Assembly (NCBI GenBank): GCA_951406725.2
Contig: OX597818.1
Location: 98,766,001 to 98,830,000, forward strand
Reading direction: 5' to 3'
Source: Octopus vulgaris
Taxonomy: Eukaryota
Length of the DNA stretch: 64,000 bases
Shown here: in pieces, positions 26,401 through 38,551 of the stretch
How the letters are laid out: every line of letters begins with the position of its first letter
Position numbering within the stretch: the stretch's first letter is position 1
Translations under genes and position numbers: made by a program
The notes under the pieces: model-generated
Databases searched by the model: none
Seen by the model: the letters and a program-made list of their open reading frames with translations, nothing else
Told to the model about the DNA's origin: nothing

Positions 26401-28549
26401 CTCCATCGTGACCCCTATGACACAACTTTTATTCGTGTCTTTGTGACTATGGCTATCTGTGTGTGTGTTTGTGTGTCGGTTCTCCCTATAATTGTTGTTG
26501 TTGTATACGATTTTTCTCTCTCTGTTTGTGTTTTTGTTTTTGTATCTATTGTTTGTGTCTATGCATACATTTTTCTATTGTTGTTGTTGTTGCCGCTGTT
26601 AGGGTTCATGTTGTTGTTGTTGCCGCTGTTAGGGTTCGTGTTGCTTTTGTTGCTGCGGTTGTTATTGTTGCGGTCATTATTGTTTGTGTTGTTGTTGCTG
26701 CGGTTAGTGTTTTTCGCGTTGTTGTTGTTGTCGCAAGTGTTGTTGTCATAGTATCTATTTAAATTCCAACGTATTTTTGTGAACGACTTTTCAATCTCGG
26801 ACAGGCATTTGATGGTATTCACCTTACTATACACTGCATACTTTGGTGGTAGTTGAAGTATCGATATTTCATCCGGGTCCGTTGTTACTCCCCCATAGAT
26901 GTTCGCTTCATTGTCTTTATTGAACTCTTCTGGTAGTAGTACATCTTCCATAATAATTCCATTTATTGTATCTGGATACTTCTGCTTTTCTTCCTTTGCG
27001 AGCTCATATTGACGTTTCTGTTTCAACCACGATAACTTCCTCTTAAAATGGATATTGCATTGGTGTATTACATGTCTGTTTTCTTCATATATTATATCCA
27101 TTAGTAAGGTTTTCTCCTTTCGTGTGGTGATACTTTTAATTTCTTTTAAAAATATACGTTTACGCTTCTCTTGTTCGCTCAGCTCTCTGTATATTCTATT
27201 TCTAATATTTACCATTAGCGTCCTTTTTAGTCTTTCCGCTTGTCCGTTAGTGAGGTCAAGCCGTTTAACATTGGCTGTGACCTTGTTGATACATATCCTG
27301 GACGAGACACATTGTTTTATAAAACGAAGCTGTTGCGTTGTCACAGTTTTCTTTAGGCAACAAAATATAGTGTTCTTCAGCATCTTGCAAGCCTGGCTGT
27401 GGCTCACGTTAGTACGTTTAAATATTTGTTGTGCAAGATTTTTTATGTGAAGTCGTGTGTTGAAACAGATATTGTTATATTTCGGAATGGTCATATTGCC
27501 AGTTTAGCCAATAAAAACACACGCACTATATATTTGGTGTTATTTTGCTTCAGTGATATTTATTTTTTACATTAATCTTAATCTTATTTCGGCCAAAGTT
27601 CTTTCGTCACACTCCTGTGACCGCATCAGTGGTCCTTTGTTTTCTTCTCACTTACTTGTGTCTCTCCTTACTAACCGTCAGCCATTTTGTATTTCTATTG
27701 TATGTCTTCATTTGCGCATGCTTATATCTCTATGTGCGTCTATGTTTATTTAGTGTGTGTGTGGGGGGGATGCCTGTAATATTTGTATCTTCTGGTTATG
27801 TACATTCTTGTAATTTGTATTTTGTTTTTGTTGTTGTTGCTTTTGTTCTAATTTTGTTCATGTGTTTACATCCACCCATTATTATCATTACATATGCTTG
27901 TATGTATGTATAACAACAATATTAGTAATAATAATAATAAATCTAATTGAAAAAAAAAAAATATATATATATATATATATACATATATATACATATATAT
28001 ATATATACATATATACACACACATATACACATATACATACACACACATATACACATATACATATATATAGTTATTCATTTCTATTTCTTTAATTATCTTT
28101 GTATTTATTATGTTTGCAGGATCCACTATCGTCATATGTTGTGGTGTGCGCTATTGCTCCATTCTAGTTTTCTATTCAGGCTAGGTTTATTTTCTATTAT
28201 ATGTATAGCTTCTGTAATTTGTCTAATTGTTGCATCTGTTCTATGTGTGGACAATATCTTAATCTCTATGTTATTGATTGATCCCCCGTGTTCTTGTTCA
28301 GCGTGTTGGTACAGAATCGATGAGCTTTTACCTTCCTTGAGTTGTCTCCAATGTTCATTCACCCGCTCACCAATGCTTCTTGCTGTTTCCCCTACGTATG
28401 TTACTGTCTTGTTACTGCATCGTCCCTCTATTAATCTTATACTATAGACCACATTTCTGGCTTTAGAGTTTGTTTGTGGGCTAAATCTACATACAGTGCA
28501 ATAGTTATCCGTACAGAGTTCTACTAAAAGGATAGCTTCTACCAATTAT
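22914..28549 (-). mobile_element. Penelope-like element (left copy): partial tandem with upstream EN fragment and pLTR, full ORF, downstream pLTR
   Basis: RT motifs PTDKSG, GSMDVVSLYPSI, GAAIG, RYVDD. C-terminal GIY-YIG (VVYSIRC..YVGETARSIGERVNEH) preceded by a Cys-rich linker. The 22914-24000 segment is repeated at 27469-28549. Confidence 0.93.
23584..27494 (-). pseudogene. PLE polyprotein (N-terminal domain, Asn/Ser-rich insert, RT, GIY-YIG) split into ORFs 26559-27494, 24262-26406 and 23584-24117 by 1-nt homopolymer indels
   Basis: Comparison with the right copy shows a missing G at ~24287 and an extra A at ~24170. The break at ~26570 is shared by both copies. Confidence 0.85.
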
Positions 28550-28551
28550 TT

Positions 28552-28871
28552 CTGTAAAGCCAGAAATGTGGTCTATAGTATAAGATGTATAGAGGGACGA
28601 TGCAGTTACAAGACAGTAACATACGTAGGGGAAACAGCAAGAAGCATTGGTGAGCGGGTGAATGAACATTGGAGACAACTCAAGGAAGGTAAAAGCTCAT
28701 CGATTCTGTACCAACACGCTGAACAAGAACACGGGGGATCAATCAATAACATAGAGATTAAGATATTGTCCACACATAGAACAGATGCAACAATTAGACA
28801 AATTACAAAAGCTACACATATAATAGAAAATAAACCTAGCCTGAATAGAAAACTAGAATGGAGCAATAGCG
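28552..28871 (+). mobile_element. Inverted GIY-YIG fragment at the 5' end of the left PLE
   Basis: ORF 28568-28876 is the reverse complement of ~28150-28468. Junction ACCAATTAT-TT-CTGTAAAGCC. Confidence 0.9.
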
Positions 28872-29785
28872 TATAGACGTGATTCCTTACATACGCTCTT
28901 ATATACATCCTTTAATATCTTATATCTAGTCCTGGAAGCGTGGGCATATGCGTGTGTGTATGTAGGGATGGGCGCGCGTATGTACATGTGAGTGTGTACA
29001 CGTATAGTGTCCATATATACATGCGGATATTCTGTTGTATGTATGTATGTGTACGCACGTGCGTGTGGGTGTGTGTGTGTTTATATGCATGTTTACACGC
29101 GAGTGCGTGTGTATGCTTGTAGGCTTGGAGGCGTATATGTACGCGTGTATATGGGTGTATGTATCCATGTTGGTATGTATGTACTAGAAGTCCAAATAAT
29201 TCAAGGAACCAGATTAAACGCTCAACAGCTCTGATTTACAACGCATTAGGTCCCCAGACGAAACTGTTGATTTACTGACAATTCTACAACTAAATTTTAT
29301 CAATCTCCTGACCACCATGCTTGGTCCGTAACCTCTATACATCCCTTATCTTTATATTTTTTTACATTTTGTTACATTTTTATCATGTTTTTTTACTTTT
29401 ATTTATATTTCTATTTTTACTTTATGCCTTTACATTTATTTATATTTCTTTATATTTCTTTATATTATTTATACCCCCTTTACATCTCCTTATATCTCTT
29501 TATATCTTTATGCTCTACATTTTTATATTTTTCTATACTTACACTTTTTATACATTTTTTATCCGTCGTCCTGAATTCTCGCCCCTCCATCTTCACGTAT
29601 ATACATGTATTTATTTATTTACATTACTTCAACATCCAATTTTCCTCATCCTACATTGAGAGAAGAAAGAGATGGACGCTTCAATTCTATGCTGCTGCCG
29701 CATTATGTGGTACGCGAATGAGAGGATTTGCATCCCCAACCAAGAATTTTTGATGTAACACATGTCCTTGTGGAAGCTGTTGTGC

Positions 29786-29863
29786 GCGGCTGAAGAAGGC
29801 CACAGACATACATTATGCATTGTTATAAATCTGTCTAATAAAGGCCCGAAACATATGTACCGC
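29786..29863 (+). ncRNA. Type I hammerhead ribozyme, canonical core
   Basis: GCGG-CUGAAGA-AGGCC(long loop with ACAGA/UCUGU)GGCCC-GAA-ACAUAUGU-A-CCGC. Palindromic stem III; predicted GUA cleavage after 29859. Confidence 0.75.
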
Positions 29864-29896
29864 TGAATCCTTCGCATCATGTTTTTATTTTGATCA

Positions 29897-29948
<52 letters not shown>

Positions 29949-30264
29949 TTCAATTAGATTTATTATTATTATTACTAATATTGTTGTTATACATACATAC
30001 AAGCATATGTAATGATAATAATGGGTGGATATAAACACATGAACAAAATTAGAACAAAAGCAACAACAACAAAAACAAAATACAAATTACAAGAATGTAC
30101 ATAACCAGAAGATACAAATATTACAGGCATCCCCCCCACACACACACTAAATAAACATAGACGCACATAGAGATATAAGCATGCGCAAATGAAGACATAC
30201 AATAGAAATACAAAATGGCTGACGGTTAGTAAGGAGAGACACAAGTAAGTGAGAAGAAAACAAA

Positions 30265-30309
30265 GGACCACTGATGCGGTCACAGGAGTGTGACGAAAGA
30301 ACTTTGGCC
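30265..30309 (+). ncRNA. Atypical minimal hammerhead-like motif in PLE pLTR (also 23036-23080 -, 27591-27635 -, 34819-34863 +)
   Basis: GGACCA-CUGAUGC-G-GUCAC(AGGAGU)GUGAC-GAA-AGAACU-U-UGGCC. A9 is replaced by C. The 34819 copy has GAAU instead of GAAA. Confidence 0.5.
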
Positions 30310-30405
30310 GAAATAAGATTAAGATTAATGTAAAAAATAAATATCACTGAAGCAAAATAACACCAAATATATAGTGCGTGTGTTTTTATTGGCTAAACTG
30401 GCAAT

Positions 30406-33400
30406 ATGACCATTCCGAAATATAACAATATCTGTTTCAACACACGACTTCACATAAAAAATCTTGCACAACAAATATTTAAACGTACTAACGTGAGCCA
30501 CAGCCAGGCTTGCAAGATGCTGAAGAACACTATATTTTGTTGCCTAAAGAAAACTGTGACAACGCAACAGCTTCGTTTTATAAAACAATGTGTCTCGTCC
30601 AGGATATGTATCAACAAGGTCACAGCCAATGTTAAACGGCTTGACCTCACTAACGGACAAGCGGAAAGACTAAAAAGGACGCTAATGGTAAATATTAGAA
30701 ATAGAATATACAGAGAGCTGAGCGAACAAGAGAAGCGTAAACGTATATTTTTAAAAGAAATTAAAAGTATCACCACACGAAAGGAGAAAACCTTACTAAT
30801 GGATATAATATATGAAGAAAACAGACATGTAATACACCAATGCAATATCCATTTTAAGAGGAAGTTATCGTGGTTGAAACAGAAACGTCAATATGAGCTC
30901 GCAAAGGAAGAAAAGCAGAAGTATCCAGATACAATAAATGGAATTATTATGGAAGATGTGCTACTACCAGAAGAGTTCAATAAAGACAATGAAGCGAACA
31001 TCTATGGGGGAGTAACAACGGACCCGGATGAAATATCGATACTTCAACTACCACCAAAGTATGCAGTGTATAGTAAGGTGAATACCATCAAATGCCTGTC
31101 CGAGATTGAAAAGTCGTTCACAAAAATACGTTGGAATTTAAATAGATACTATGACAACAACACTTGCGACAACAACAACAACGCGAAAAACACTAACCGC
31201 AGCAACAACAACACAAACAATAATGACCGCAACAATAACAACCGCAGCAACAAAAGCAACACGAACCCTAACAGCGGCAACAACAACAACATGAACCCTA
31301 ACAGCGGCAACAACAACAACAATAGAAAAATGTATGCATAGACACAAACAATAGATACAAAAACAAAAACACAAACAGAGAGAGAAAAATCGTATACAAC
31401 AACAACAATTATAGGGAGAACCGACACACAAACACACACACAGATAGCCATAGTCACAAAGACACGAATAAAAGTTGTGTCATAGGGGTCACGATGGAGA
31501 ATAAAGTTGAATGCAACAGGATCCTTGGACAGGGAGTCAGCGGACTTGAAACAGATAACAATACTCATAGGAACAAAAATAACGACCGCAACAGGGGGAA
31601 TGACAGGGACCAACAGACAGACATAAAACCCAACACTAATATAAACAACACATATACCAGAAACAGGAACAATGAATATATCACTAGCGATGATAGTAAT
31701 AATGGCAATGGTAGGAATAAAGGTAATAACAATAATAGTGGTAGTAGTAGTGGTGATGGTAACAGTAGAAGTAGTAATGAGGATAGTAGTGATAGTTGTG
31801 GTGGTAATAGGAATACTAGTAGTAGTAGTAGTGGTAATGGTGATAATAATAATAGGAAGGCTGATGTTGGAAACAGTAACGATAATGAAGATAACCCTAG
31901 AGAGACCATTGACATGTATACCCATCCCTTTGACACTCAATTCTTCAACGTATGCGACAAAACTTACTGCATGAACCGAATTTATCCAACAACATTACCC
32001 TTCAACAAAAGAGTATACATCCCAAGACGTACTAATGACCACATGGAAGCACAGTTCACTATAGCTAGGACCAAACTTAGACAGATTTTAGGATTATACA
32101 TTAAGAGACAGAGACAGAATAAGACAGATGCCCAACAACTCGGGATTAAACCTGCATGTGGCCTACAGAAGCTCATTCAGCGCACGAGGAACGGAGAGGT
32201 GATATGCCTTCCCACGGATAAGTCCGGCAGGATGTCAATAGACAGCTTACCGAACTACATCCAGGCAATGCAACCTCATATCGCCAATACAAAAGTAACA
32301 ACTGCACAGGCGCATGAGGAGAGAGAAAAGGTCCTCAATGCCCACATGATGATGTGGACAATTGTTCTAGGACCTCAGAAACGTACTGCAAAGAATTTCC
32401 AAGCCTGGAACAATGATATCCCGGCACTGTATGGACTTCGCAAGGACCATAAAGGTTTTACTGACCCTATAGCAGGACCACCAACAAGACCAGTCTGTGG
32501 AGCGAATATCGCTAGCAATTACAGAATCTCCTACTTCCTCTCAATGATCATACGCCCTATAATCAGGATGTCACCTGATGTGTGTGACAGCACAGAAGAT
32601 CTCCTAAGCAGGATCAGTGACTGTAACAAACTTGTGACTTGACAGGATGTATAGTAGGTAGCATGGATGTGGTATCCCTATACCCATCGATTGACGTAGA
32701 TTTTGCAGTGGAGAAGTGCGTGGAGATGATCAACGAGAGCCAGGTGGAGTTCTGTAATGTCGACACAGAAGAACTGGGCCTCCTACTTAGACTGACATAT
32801 AATAGTGAATACTTAGATAAACATAATCTTAGTAGTTTCTGCCCCAGTAGATGTTTAAGAGGTAGACCGCCTACAATTACTTCTATGGCTAGGAAGACAC
32901 ATATAGAAAGATGGCGCGGATGGACCAGAGCCATACGGAGCCCCGCAAATGTCCATCAGGTAAAGAAAATGATCGCACATGCACTAGGAGCTAGTATAAG
33001 AGTTACCCTAAAAGGCCACACATTTAAATTTAATAATAAAATATATGCCCAGGACGAGGGGGCAGCCATCGGTGTTAGTATCGCTGGTGATGTGGCCAAC
33101 CCCTTCATGGTATGGTGGGACAGAAGGCTTAAAGAATGCCTACTGCAGAAATCCATACTCGTAAACATGTACTCTCGCTATGTTGATGATGTCAATATAG
33201 TAGTAAAGGCACCCCCACAAGAGAATAATGTTGATATAGTAATAGAAACTAATACTATGGAGATCATCCAGCAAATAGCTAACTCCATCCACCAGAGTAT
33301 TAAGGTCACAATAGACTACCCCACTAAACACCCCAACCATAGACTACCAGTACTAGACACTGAACTCTGGCTAGAAATTGTGAAAAATAAAACCCAAATC

Positions 33401-34315
33401 CTTCATTCATACTATGCAAAACCTATGGCCTCAAAATACCTGATCCACCGGAACTCAGCCATTGCGGGCAATGCCAAATTCAATATTTTGATGGCAGACC
33501 TCGTCAGAATAATGAGAAATGTGTCACGCATGTGCGAGCCTACAGAATTAAAGAGACACATACAGTATTTCATTCACCGCATGCAGTTCTCAGGTTACAG
33601 CCATAAAGAAAGGGTCAGAGTATACAAAGGAGCCATGAAGAAATTTGATAATATATTATGTAATGATAGGAATGGGATTTGCCCACTCTAGAGGAACAAG
33701 TCATGGAACACTATAGAAAGGACAAAAAAGAAAATAGGGAAGGCCAACTCTTGGTATGATAGCCATAAATACCAGAGTGTCATGTTCGTTGACACCACCC
33801 CTGGAGGTGAACTGGCGTACCGCTTTAGAAGGACCCTAGATAAACTTAAACTAAGAATTAAGGTTGTTGAAAAGCCAGGCAACCCTATCAGATCTATAAT
33901 TGGTAGAAGCTATCCTTTTAGTAGAACTCTCTGTACGGATAACTATTGCACTGTATGTAGATTTAGCCCACAAACAAACTGTAAAGCCAGAAATGTGGTC
34001 TATAGTATAAGATGTATAGAGGGACGATGCAGTAACAAGACAGTAACATACGTAGGGGAAACAGCAAGAAGCATTGGTGAGCGGGTGAATGAACATTGGA
34101 GACAACTCAAGGAAGGTAAAAGCTCATCGATTCTGTACCAACACGCTGAACAAGAACACGGGGGATCAATCAATAACATAGAGATTAAGATATTGTCCAC
34201 ACATAGAACAGATGCAACAATTAGACAAATTACAGAAGCTACACATATAATAGAAAATAAACCTAGCCTGAATAGAAAACTAGAATGGAGCAATAGCGCA
34301 CACCACAACATATGA
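30406..34315 (+). pseudogene. PLE polyprotein (~1300 aa when reconstructed) split into ORFs 30406-31341, 31494-32642, 32639-33691 and 33782-34315
   Basis: Lesions: A5 run at 31326-31330 (shared with left copy), AAA vs AAAA at ~32628, and TAG vs TAT at 33689-33691. Confidence 0.85.
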
Positions 34316-34457
34316 CGATAGTGGATCCTGCAAACATAATAAATACACAGATAATTAAAGAAATAGAAATGAATAACTATATATATGTATATGTGTGTAT
34401 GTGTGTGTATGTATATATGTATATGTGTGTGTATATATGTATATATATATATGTATG

Positions 34458-34492
<35 letters not shown>

Positions 34493-35041
34493 TTTTTTTT
34501 TTTCAATTAGATTTATTATTATTATTACTAATATTGTTGTTATACATACATACAAGCATATGTAATGATAATAATGGGTGGATGTAAACACATGAACAAA
34601 ATTAGAACAAAAGCAACAACAACAAAAACAAAATACAAATTACAAGAATGTACATAACCAGAAGATACAAATATTACAGGCATCCCACCCCACACACACA
34701 CTAAATAAACATAGACGCACATAGAGATATAAGCATGCGCAAATGAAGACATACAATAGAAATACAAAATGGCTGACGGTTAGTAAGGAGAGACACAAGT
34801 AAGTGAGAAGAAAACAAAGGACCACTGATGCGGTCACAGGAGTGTGACGAATGAACTTTGGCCGAAATAAGATTAAGATTAATGTAAAAAATAAATATCA
34901 TTGAAGCAAAATAACACCAAATATATAGTGCGTGTGTTTTTATTGGCTAAACTGGCAATATGACCATTCCGAAATATAACAATATCTGTTTCAACACACG
35001 ACTTCACATAAAAAATCTTGCACAACAAATATTTAAACGTA

Positions 35042-35091
35042 TATATATATATGCATATATATATATATGTATATATATATATATGTATATA

Positions 35092-35185
<94 letters not shown>
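35042..35185. repeat. (TA)n tract, 3' insertion site of the right PLE
   Basis: Direct reading. Confidence 0.95.
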
Positions 35186-35188
<3 letters not shown>

Positions 35189-36116
35189 CGAGCAAACGTT
35201 TGTGTATCATATGATTAAACCCATGTAGCCAATAAAGATGTCAAAATAGTTATCTTTGACTTTTCGTTATCTTTATTAAAACATTTAGCTATTATGTTTT
35301 CAGAAGTACATCGAATATACTTTTCTTGAAATAAGAATACATAGATCTCGAACAACAGTACTCGACGTTAATAGTTAAATAACGTGTCAATGGTTAACAA
35401 GAGGTTTGGAAAAATGAGGGAAAACGTGAATTGAAGTTTGTTTTTTAACAATATATGGTTATCAAATGAAATTTTAAAAAAATTCCTGTGGTTCACAAGT
35501 ACTGAATAAAAATACACCAGCAATCCTTACGGACACCCAATATTGTTATTGTCATAACGTATTTAGTTCTATCCTTATAGGTATCCTTACAAGACTTCAC
35601 AACTTGAATATATCGTTTCAGTTCTAAATGGAATTGAGCAGTACAATATAATTTAAATTATACTACAATGTAATTTGAATTATATTGTACTAACCGTCAG
35701 TATGATACTTTTAGTATTCTGGGAGAAAACTAATATGGGCTGATACCTTATACATTTAGCTAGCTCATTAATTCTACAAGGTAAACACTTTTGATATATT
35801 AGATTTTTTTTTTTTTATTGGACGTTTCCTACCCAAGAAAATTATTTTACTCCGTTTTTCTCAAATGTCCAATACTTTTTCATTTCCAAACAACAGGTCA
35901 TTTACTAGTCATAATTCTTATTAGTATAAGTATAACATCACTGGTAACTGAATAAAGCTAATTTCTCGAATGATTGAACTGATAGAAAACGAAAGCAAAG
36001 CTGAGAGAGATGCATAAAAAGACAGAGAAAGTGAGATACAGAAAGAGGAAATGAGTGTACGTCACGTAGAGAAAGGAGAACTAAAATAATAATTTTGTAT
36101 TACAACAAATTTAATT

Positions 36117-36470
36117 ATTTTCTACTCAAGGCACAAGGCTCGAAATTTTAGGGGAGGGGACCAGTCAATTAGATCGACAACAGTACGTAACTGGTGCTTA
36201 ATTTATCGACCCCTAAAGGATGAAAGGCAAAGTCGACCTCGGTGGAATTTGAACTCAGAACGTAGCGACAGACGAAATACCTATTTCTTCACTACCCACA
36301 AGGGGCTAAACACAGAGAAGACAAGCAAGGACAGACAAACGGATTAAGTCGATTTATTCGACTCCAGTGCGTAACTGGTACTTAATTTATCGACCCCGAA
36401 AGGATGAAAGGCAAAGTCGACCTCGGCGGAATTTGAACTCAGAACGTAGCGGCAGACGAAATACTGCTAA
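36117..36470 (-). mobile_element. Tandem (dimeric) SINE family M with two different tails
   Basis: The core AAAGGCAAAGTCGACCTCGG..GAACTCAGAACGTAGC occurs twice (~36225 and ~36410). Confidence 0.8.
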
Positions 36471-38337
36471 CGGGCCGCACTTTGTCATTGACTCATTTAA
36501 ATTCCTGATAAATTTACGTTGAAAAGTTCTATTTACTAGAGGTAATTTTCACTAAATACCTTCTCGATATGAAATGTGATACACGAGAAGGGAGTAACAG
36601 CAACTGATTCGGCTATGTTCGATTCCCAACATTTCATAAATATAAAATACTCCGGTTAGGACAGGGTCCCCCAAATTTTTAGATCATCGACCCCTACATG
36701 GAATCATTCACCCCTCGTCGACCCCGCCAGGCATGTCCAAGAAAATAAATGAATTTATTTACCTATGTCCAAGAAAATAAATAATAATGATAAAGTAGAT
36801 GTGCATTTATTGACCCCTTGAATAGTCCCATCGACCACTTTGGAGACATCTAGGTTAGGAGATGCTATCCGCACGAAAGACAATAGCTTAGTTCTAATAT
36901 TCTCAGTATTGTGAGCATAAAATGATCGTTTAGAAAAAACTGTGTTGAACAAAAATAATCATTAATACCTTGAATAATATCATTTTATTCCTTTAGACAA
37001 ATGCAAAACTTAATTCTGTGCATATTTCATTTTTATTTAAATGTCTTCAGCAAAGCATTCACCTCAAACAACTTGCCAATGTATCAATCAGAGAATCCCT
37101 ATTTTATGTTTATCTTTTGATGCATTTATAGTATTTAGTGTATTGTGATATATTATTTAAAGATAGGTAATATAATTAAATATCAGATTAATTACGAAAA
37201 TGTTCAAACGTTAAATCCGGTTTTAATCAAACAAACAACTATATATATACTGTTTAAAAATTTTCTTTAACCATCTTCGAAACCCTGTATGAAGTAGTAA
37301 TATTCGATACTCTGTATGAAATAGTAATAGTTATCAAGGACATACGAATGGCGTTGTAATCACTGACATGTCAGCATCTAATTGAGGTCAAGGCAAACAG
37401 ACCCTAGCAACATTTAGAAGTATATTATGCATAATTACGTTCTGTAAAGAACTGTTGCATATAACTATTTTTAAGAGATTGATACATATTAAGTTAGAAC
37501 CACACCTTAGATAGACAAAAGACAAATAGACAGATATATATATATATATACACTAATATACATACATATTCTATATGCACTAATATATATATATATATTC
37601 TATATGCACGCACTCAATTGCACATACATGCACAAACATAGACACAACTGAACGCATATTTACATTTTTATATAGGAATGAATAGGTTAAAGTGTCAATT
37701 ACTAAAATTATATTGTGTACAGAGTTTGACACTTCAATAGATGAATATCTGAATAGACTGATAAATTAATGGTTAGTGTTAATATTAGATTAATACACCC
37801 ATATTCTTTTGTATAGTTTATAGTTTATTTTAGCAATCCCAATTAGTGCCATAGAGACACAAAACTTTAATTCGGATGTCATATGTAGGCTCAATGATAT
37901 AAATAGAAGACAGTTATCATTAGAACAAACACAGCTTAACCAGAGCGTCTTCAGGTAACTTTTCCGTTTTTCTGATGCTGTTCTTAAATTCTTTGCCAAA
38001 TTTAAAAGCTAACACATGATTTCTTTATATATAGTTTTTGAAGTATGATTTTAACCATTTTAAATTCTTCCCATCCAGTACTGATATATTGTAAATTAAT
38101 TTTATTCTAACATTATCTAAATTATTAAATAACTTGTCTTAATGTTGATACGAATATATTTTGCAATACTAACTCCATTTTTCAACTTCTTTATTTAAAT
38201 GCATATTTGTCCATACACTTTGTCTTTCTCTTTCAAACACATATTAATCTTCAATCCTCTTACACACGTACATATTTGTACGTATATAAAAATGTATATC
38301 TATCTATCTATCTATCTTTTATACATACATATACTTA

Positions 38338-38389
<52 letters not shown>

Positions 38390-38551
38390 CTTCTCTATTT
38401 TCTCTCCTTGTTTCTTTTTGTGTTACTTTCCGTGGAAGAGCGTAGGCTCGAAACGTTAAAGACTTTTTCTCTTCCCAAGCGCTAGACTAATACATTTGTT
38501 TGTTGTCTACACCACCTCTCTTCGTCTTTTGTGGTTTTTTTGTGAATTCTC

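Larger units (their letters stand above)
29897..35041 (+). mobile_element. Penelope-like element (right copy): pLTR-ORF-pLTR, both ends in (TA)n
   Basis: Reverse complement of the left copy with only a few substitutions. pLTR ~29897-30486 is repeated at ~34440-35041. Confidence 0.93.

Noticed and set aside
25926-26762. Long antisense and alternative-frame ORFs (263 aa, 123 aa, 100 aa) over the PLE insert, mirrored at 31138-31974
   Set aside because: By-products of triplet-repeat low complexity; no recognisable domain.
29223-29272. TCAACAG...GTC-CCCA-GAC-GAAA-CTGTTGA, superficially a type III hammerhead
   Set aside because: No CUGANGA-like core or stem I in the required place.
23584-34315. 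Possible selenocysteine (UGA) recoding as in Naiad-type PLEs
   Set aside because: The ORF breaks are homopolymer frameshifts and one TAG, not in-frame TGA codons, and the endonuclease is C-terminal rather than N-terminal as in Naiads.
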